From assembly GCA_963762255.1 (NCBI GenBank), contig CAVXKA010000002.1:1280001-1344000 (forward strand): 64,000 bases of DNA. Direction: 5' to 3'. The stretch is from Candidatus Eiseniibacteriota bacterium. Its GTDB lineage: Bacteria; Eisenbacteria; RBG-16-71-46; JABDJR01. This document shows, in pieces, positions 60,075-64,000 of the stretch; position 1 is the first letter of the stretch; every line of letters begins with the position of its first letter. Both the position numbers and the translations under genes were made by a program. Under the pieces are notes generated by a model that did not search any database, was not told the origin of the DNA, and was given only the letters and a program-made list of their open reading frames with translations.

Positions 60075-61274
60075 TCAGAATCGCAGGAGCGCCCCGATCG
60101 GCTCCGCCACCGGGAGAAGCGCGCGCCCCTCCTCGCTGCGCACCAGCTCGAGTCCGGCTTCCTGCACCACCGCACGCTCGAGCGCGGCGTCGACGACGTC
60201 CTCCACGGCCTCGACGGGTCCCCCGCAAGCGGGACAGCTTGGGGCGCCCGCGACGAGAAGCAGCCGGCAGTTGAGACACTCTCCCCCCGCGGCGCGATAC
60301 CGATCGTGCACGACCAGCGTCATCACCCGGCGCTCTTCGAGACGACCGAGAGCGGCGGCGAGGCCCCAAACCCCGCGGCCGGTCGAGATCCAGTTCTCCA
60401 GGCGCCGGATCGTCTCCGTTTCCTCGCGGGCCTCCACGCGCCGCTGCACGGGCTCGATCGCGGCGATGATCTCGCTCGTGGAAGCGTCGATGGCGAGCGC
60501 AAACTCCCCCGCCCATCGGCGGAGCACGTGGGCCGGCAACGCGGCGCGGTACTCCGCGAGGACCTGCGGCGATCCGCTCACCAGGAGATGGCGAGCCTCG
60601 AAGCGTTCCAGGATCATCTCGGTGGCGTGCGCCACAGCGCCCGCATGCCACATCACGTGGGCGTCGCGACTGCGACGGAAACGCAGCCGGCTCCGGCTCC
60701 CCTCATTGTGCTGATCGGGAGTCTCCTCGATGATGTCGGCCACCTCCTCCAGCGATCCAAGCTGGCTCAGGAAGAGCCGCGCGCGCTGGTTGTCCAGGAG
60801 CACCACCGCGAAGCGATCGTGCTCGTCGCGCACGCGCGCGAGCGGGCGAAGGTAGGGGCGCCGGCCGATCCTCAGTCGCGTCGGCAACGCGATCGGCAGC
60901 GAGATCGACCACCACAGCTCGCGAGCCGGGCACGAGAAGAGTGCCGCCCCCCGTCCCATCCGCGCCGCGTGCTCGCGGATCCAGCGCTCCATGCGCGCGA
61001 TCTCCGCGCGCACCACATCCGCGTCCGGGCGCGCATCGTTCGCGGCCAGCGCCACACGCGCCGCGGTCTTGAATGCGATCTCCCAGGCATCGTTGTGGCG
61101 GTTCTGCGGGCTCAGATCGAGGTAGAGGCTCACGACCGGACCCTCGTCGCAGGTCACGGCCGCCAGCTCGGCAAAGCGCCGGTGAGTAAGCACGGCCAGC
61201 GGTCCGTCGACGCCGAGATCTTCGAAGCGGGAGAGAAGCGCATCGCGTTCCTGTGGAGTCAAGGTGGCGGTCAT
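60075..61274 (-). CDS. Bacterial eRF1/aeRF1-family (baeRF) protein with Zn-ribbon, lacking GGQ
   Basis: VVSLYLD, PYLRPL, AVVLLD..RARLF, CLNC...CPAC, IGALLRF C-terminus. Confidence 0.8.
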   Translation of the reverse strand: MTATLTPQERDALLSRFEDLGVDGPLAVLTHRRFAELAAVTCDEGPVVSLYLDLSPQNRHNDAWEIAFKTAARVALAANDARPDADVVRAEIARMERWIREHAARMGRGAALFSCPARELWWSISLPIALPTRLRIGRRPYLRPLARVRDEHDRFAVVLLDNQRARLFLSQLGSLEEVADIIEETPDQHNEGSRSRLRFRRSRDAHVMWHAGAVAHATEMILERFEARHLLVSGSPQVLAEYRAALPAHVLRRWAGEFALAIDASTSEIIAAIEPVQRRVEAREETETIRRLENWISTGRGVWGLAAALGRLEERRVMTLVVHDRYRAAGGECLNCRLLLVAGAPSCPACGGPVEAVEDVVDAALERAVVQEAGLELVRSEEGRALLPVAEPIGALLRF

Positions 61275-62137
61275 TGTTCGTCTCCTTCCGAAGCGTCAAG
61301 AAAGAGTTGTTTGAGCCTTTCGAGGGTCGCGGGAGCGTGACCCGCATAGTGATTGTTGATGTAGACGAAAGACGGCACGCGCCGCTCGGTGAGGCGGGCC
61401 AGAAAGCGCGCCCAGCGGCGGAGCCGATCCGTGCGGTCGATGACCTCCTTCTCCCAGGTGGTGGTGATGTTTTCGATCTCCTGACGGTCGCCGAGAAGCC
61501 TCACGTAGGCGAAGTCGGCGGTCACCGGATCCATCGTGCGCTCCACTTCATCCGCGTGCGGCATCCATGCCTGATCCACGAGCACCATCGCCACACGCCG
61601 TCGCCGGCAGAGTTCGGCAAACGCCTCGGTGAGCCAGCCGCGATTGCGAATCTCCACCGCATAGCGCGGTCCCTCGGGGAGGTCGGCGAGAAACCGGTCG
61701 AGCCGTTCGAGGAAGGGAACCTCCGAGGCGAAGACCTTCCGGTTGAAGTAGGGGAACTGGATGACGAGGGGGCCGAGGCGCGGCCCCAGTCCTTCCATCA
61801 CTCTGAGGAATCGGTCTCGGACCGGATAGGCGATCTCCGGATCGAGGATCTTCGCCGGGTCCGGTGTCGCCCCGCTTCCTCCGTGCACGATCTCGCGAGG
61901 GAACTTCGCGGCGATGGTGAATCGCTCCGGGGTCTTGCGCGCCCAACCTTCCACCGTGCGCGCCGACGGAACTGCATAGTAGGTGGAATCGATCTCCACC
62001 GTGTCGTAGCGCTCGGCGTAGGTCTCGAGGAACCGCGATGGCGGCGTTCCTTCGGGATAGAACGGGCCGACCCAATCGGGCGAGGAGAACGAAGAGGTGC
62101 CCAAGCGTACAATTTCAGGAAGAGAGCGTGTCGTCAC
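61271..62137 (-). CDS. DUF72 family protein
   Basis: LGTSSFS..DW.GPFYP, TVEIDSTYY, QFP, AVEIR, YVRLLG, YINNHYAGHA. Confidence 0.9.
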   Translation of the reverse strand: MTTRSLPEIVRLGTSSFSSPDWVGPFYPEGTPPSRFLETYAERYDTVEIDSTYYAVPSARTVEGWARKTPERFTIAAKFPREIVHGGSGATPDPAKILDPEIAYPVRDRFLRVMEGLGPRLGPLVIQFPYFNRKVFASEVPFLERLDRFLADLPEGPRYAVEIRNRGWLTEAFAELCRRRRVAMVLVDQAWMPHADEVERTMDPVTADFAYVRLLGDRQEIENITTTWEKEVIDRTDRLRRWARFLARLTERRVPSFVYINNHYAGHAPATLERLKQLFLDASEGDEQ

Positions 62138-62422
62138 CGAAACCTCCAAGGGGACAGCTCTCCGAACGGCGGACCGCCGCATGCGCCGCTAAGGAGATCA
62201 TCATAACGCGATCGGGCGGACCGGAGAGGATCGGTCGAGTCGGATCCGACCTCGGCCGTCAACATGTCGTCCCGATCCGTTGAGTCAACATTCGCAGACG
62301 ACTCCGGTGACGATGTATCCACTTCAACGTGTAATATTTGTTGATTGTGCTGTCTATCTTATGATGTACTAGCGATCTAGTCCGCGTGGCTGCTGTCCTA
62401 CCCCAGATACGGAGGATCCATA

Positions 62423-63538
62423 ATGAGTCGGACTCGGCGCTCCAACTGGACACTGCTGCCTCTCCTTGCGCTGGCCCTCGTCCTCACCGTTACGATGTGG
62501 ACGGGTTGCGGCAACGAGCGCATGGAGACGGTGAGCGGCCCCGATCTAGCGAATCCCTCCCTTGAATTCACAGTCGACCATCCCTCGATGCGCACCGTCA
62601 TGGAAGTCCAGGATCGGCACACCCCCGATCTCTTCCAGGTCGAAGGCGTGGTCGGCACCGCCACTGCTCTCAACGAGGCCGGCGAGCCGGTCATCGTGGT
62701 CTACTTGGCCCAAGCACTCCCGAAGGGCATCATCTCCGAGCACTTCGACGGCGTCGAAGTCATCACCGAAGTGACCGGGGTGTTCCGCGCCATGAAGACC
62801 GTCACCTCTTCGCACACCGCGAAGCAGGTCGCTCCGATCCAGCTCGGCACCTCGGGCGGCTGGCGCTATGACCTCGCCAACGGCTACTGCTGCGGCGGCA
62901 CGCTGGGCTCGCTGGTCCTGAAGAGCGGCACCCAGTACGTGATGAGCAACTACCACGTGCTCGAGGCCGACATCGTCTCCGGCGGCAACAGCCGCGTCGC
63001 GACGGCCGGCGACCCCGTCGTCCAGCCCGGTCTCATCGACGTGGGCTGCGTCGCTACCAGCGCCCAGAACGTGGCCACCCTCTCCGGGATCAAGAGCCTC
63101 CCCGGCTCGAACGTGGACGTGGCCATCGCCGCGGTCATCCCCGGTATGGTTCGCACCGACGGCGCGATCCTGGAAGTGGGCACGATCTCTTCGCAGACCG
63201 TGGCCGCGTTCGTCGGCCAGCTCGTCAAGAAGAGCGGGCGCACCACCGGGCTCACCCGCAGCACGGTGAGCGGCCTCAACGCCACCGTTTCGATCGCCTA
63301 CGAGAACGAGTGCGCGGGCGGCGCCGCCTTCACCAAGACCTTCACCGGTCAGATCGTGATCGCGAACAGCCGCAGCAAGTTCCTCGCCGGCGGCGACTCG
63401 GGTTCGCTCCTGGTCGAGGACGTCACCACCAGCCCGCGCGCGATCGGTCTCCTCTTCGCCGGAAGCACGACCACCGCGATCGCGAACCCCATCAGTTCCG
63501 TGCTGAGCTACCTCGGCGCGACGATGGTCGGGAACTAG
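62423..63538 (+). CDS. Lipoprotein trypsin-like (S1, Nal1-like) serine protease with N-terminal pro-domain
   Basis: Lipobox WTGC; GTLG, SNYHV (His), DVAIA (Asp), GRTTG, GDSGS (Ser). Confidence 0.85.
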   Translation: MSRTRRSNWTLLPLLALALVLTVTMWTGCGNERMETVSGPDLANPSLEFTVDHPSMRTVMEVQDRHTPDLFQVEGVVGTATALNEAGEPVIVVYLAQALPKGIISEHFDGVEVITEVTGVFRAMKTVTSSHTAKQVAPIQLGTSGGWRYDLANGYCCGGTLGSLVLKSGTQYVMSNYHVLEADIVSGGNSRVATAGDPVVQPGLIDVGCVATSAQNVATLSGIKSLPGSNVDVAIAAVIPGMVRTDGAILEVGTISSQTVAAFVGQLVKKSGRTTGLTRSTVSGLNATVSIAYENECAGGAAFTKTFTGQIVIANSRSKFLAGGDSGSLLVEDVTTSPRAIGLLFAGSTTTAIANPISSVLSYLGATMVGN

Positions 63539-63579
63539 TCGGAAACACACCGATCGGATACAGCAGCGATCAGGACACC

Positions 63580-63611
63580 GCGCCCGCCCCTCAACGGGGC
63601 GGGCGCTTTTT
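63580..63611 (+). terminator. Intrinsic terminator
   Basis: GCGCCCGCCCC-TCAAC-GGGGCGGGCGC-TTTTT. Confidence 0.85.
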
Positions 63612-63655
63612 CCGCCGGCGTCGGACCGGTGTATCATCGGAGACCTGGAGGGACG

Positions 63656-64000
63656 ATGAGCAAGCCGCGTGCAACCCGTGCCGCGATGGTAGGACCGGTC
63701 GTAGCCACGGCTTGCGCGCTCTTGCTCGCGACGGTCCCCGGCTGTCGGCCCGAGACGGCGGCCAGACAGGAGACGCAGACCATGCCGACGCGCCCCATCG
63801 AGGCGGTGCTGGCCGACCACACTCCAAGGCTGATGGCGCTACCGGGCGTGATCGGCACCTATCAAGGCGCACTCGAAGACGGCCGCCCGTGCATCGTCGT
63901 GCTCCTGCTCCATGGACACGCGGATACGCGCAAGAACATCCCCGCTGAACTGGAAGGCCATCCGGTGATCGTCGAGGAGACCGATCCGATTCGCCCGCTG
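63656..64000 (+). CDS. Putative lipoprotein homologous to the pro-domain of the upstream protease (runs to window edge; not in ORF track)
   Basis: Manual translation MSKPRATR...LLLATVPGC...IEAVLADHTPRLMALPGVIGTYQGALEDGRPCIVVLLL...IPAELEGHPVIVEETDPIRPL; GGAGG SD. Confidence 0.75.
   Translation, partial: MSKPRATRAAMVGPVVATACALLLATVPGCRPETAARQETQTMPTRPIEAVLADHTPRLMALPGVIGTYQGALEDGRPCIVVLLLHGHADTRKNIPAELEGHPVIVEETDPIRPL

Noticed and set aside
62320-62380. AT-rich patch as a replication origin or ncRNA
   Set aside because: No DnaA boxes; best explained as the divergent promoter region (TTGTTG-N16-TATGAT) of the protease and DUF72 genes.

Overview
This is a high-GC bacterial chromosomal segment. 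The RpoB/RpoC sequences and gene order look FCB-group-like, possibly a candidate phylum such as Ca. Eisenbacteria (inference, not computed). Bases 1-18.8 kb hold the core translation/transcription cluster on the minus strand: tRNA-Thr/Tyr/Gly/Thr, tuf, rpmG, tRNA-Trp, secE, nusG, rplKAJL, rpoBC, rpsLG, fusA, a second tuf, rpsJ and the start of rplC. 19-24.4 kb holds two MFS transporters, a methyltransferase and cysS. 24.4-38.7 kb is a divergent glycosylation locus with seven other GT2/GT4 enzymes plus a degenerate GT2, a flippase, a radical SAM enzyme, an APH-like kinase and a TMTC-like membrane glycosyltransferase with TPRs. 38.7-51 kb is an accessory, defence-like island: orphan genes separated by decayed attC-like hairpins with no integrase in the window, a DUF262+HEPN pair, a coupled pair of a nuclease-less Mrr-associated-type protein and a TM-less DUF4041/GIY-YIG (PD-lambda-1/SNIPE-like) nuclease, and a cytoplasmic S8 subtilase + C25 caspase-fold peptidase + small-protein operon. 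51-64 kb holds a TetR-TolC-MFP-ABC efflux operon, a sigma54-type pilin gene, a Zn-ADH, an eRF1-like protein lacking GGQ, DUF72, and a lipoprotein trypsin-like protease followed by a stand-alone copy of its N-terminal domain. Eight single-base (+1) frameshifts, four of them in essential rpoB/rpoC, point to sequencing or assembly indels. All calls were made by eye; no database search was run.
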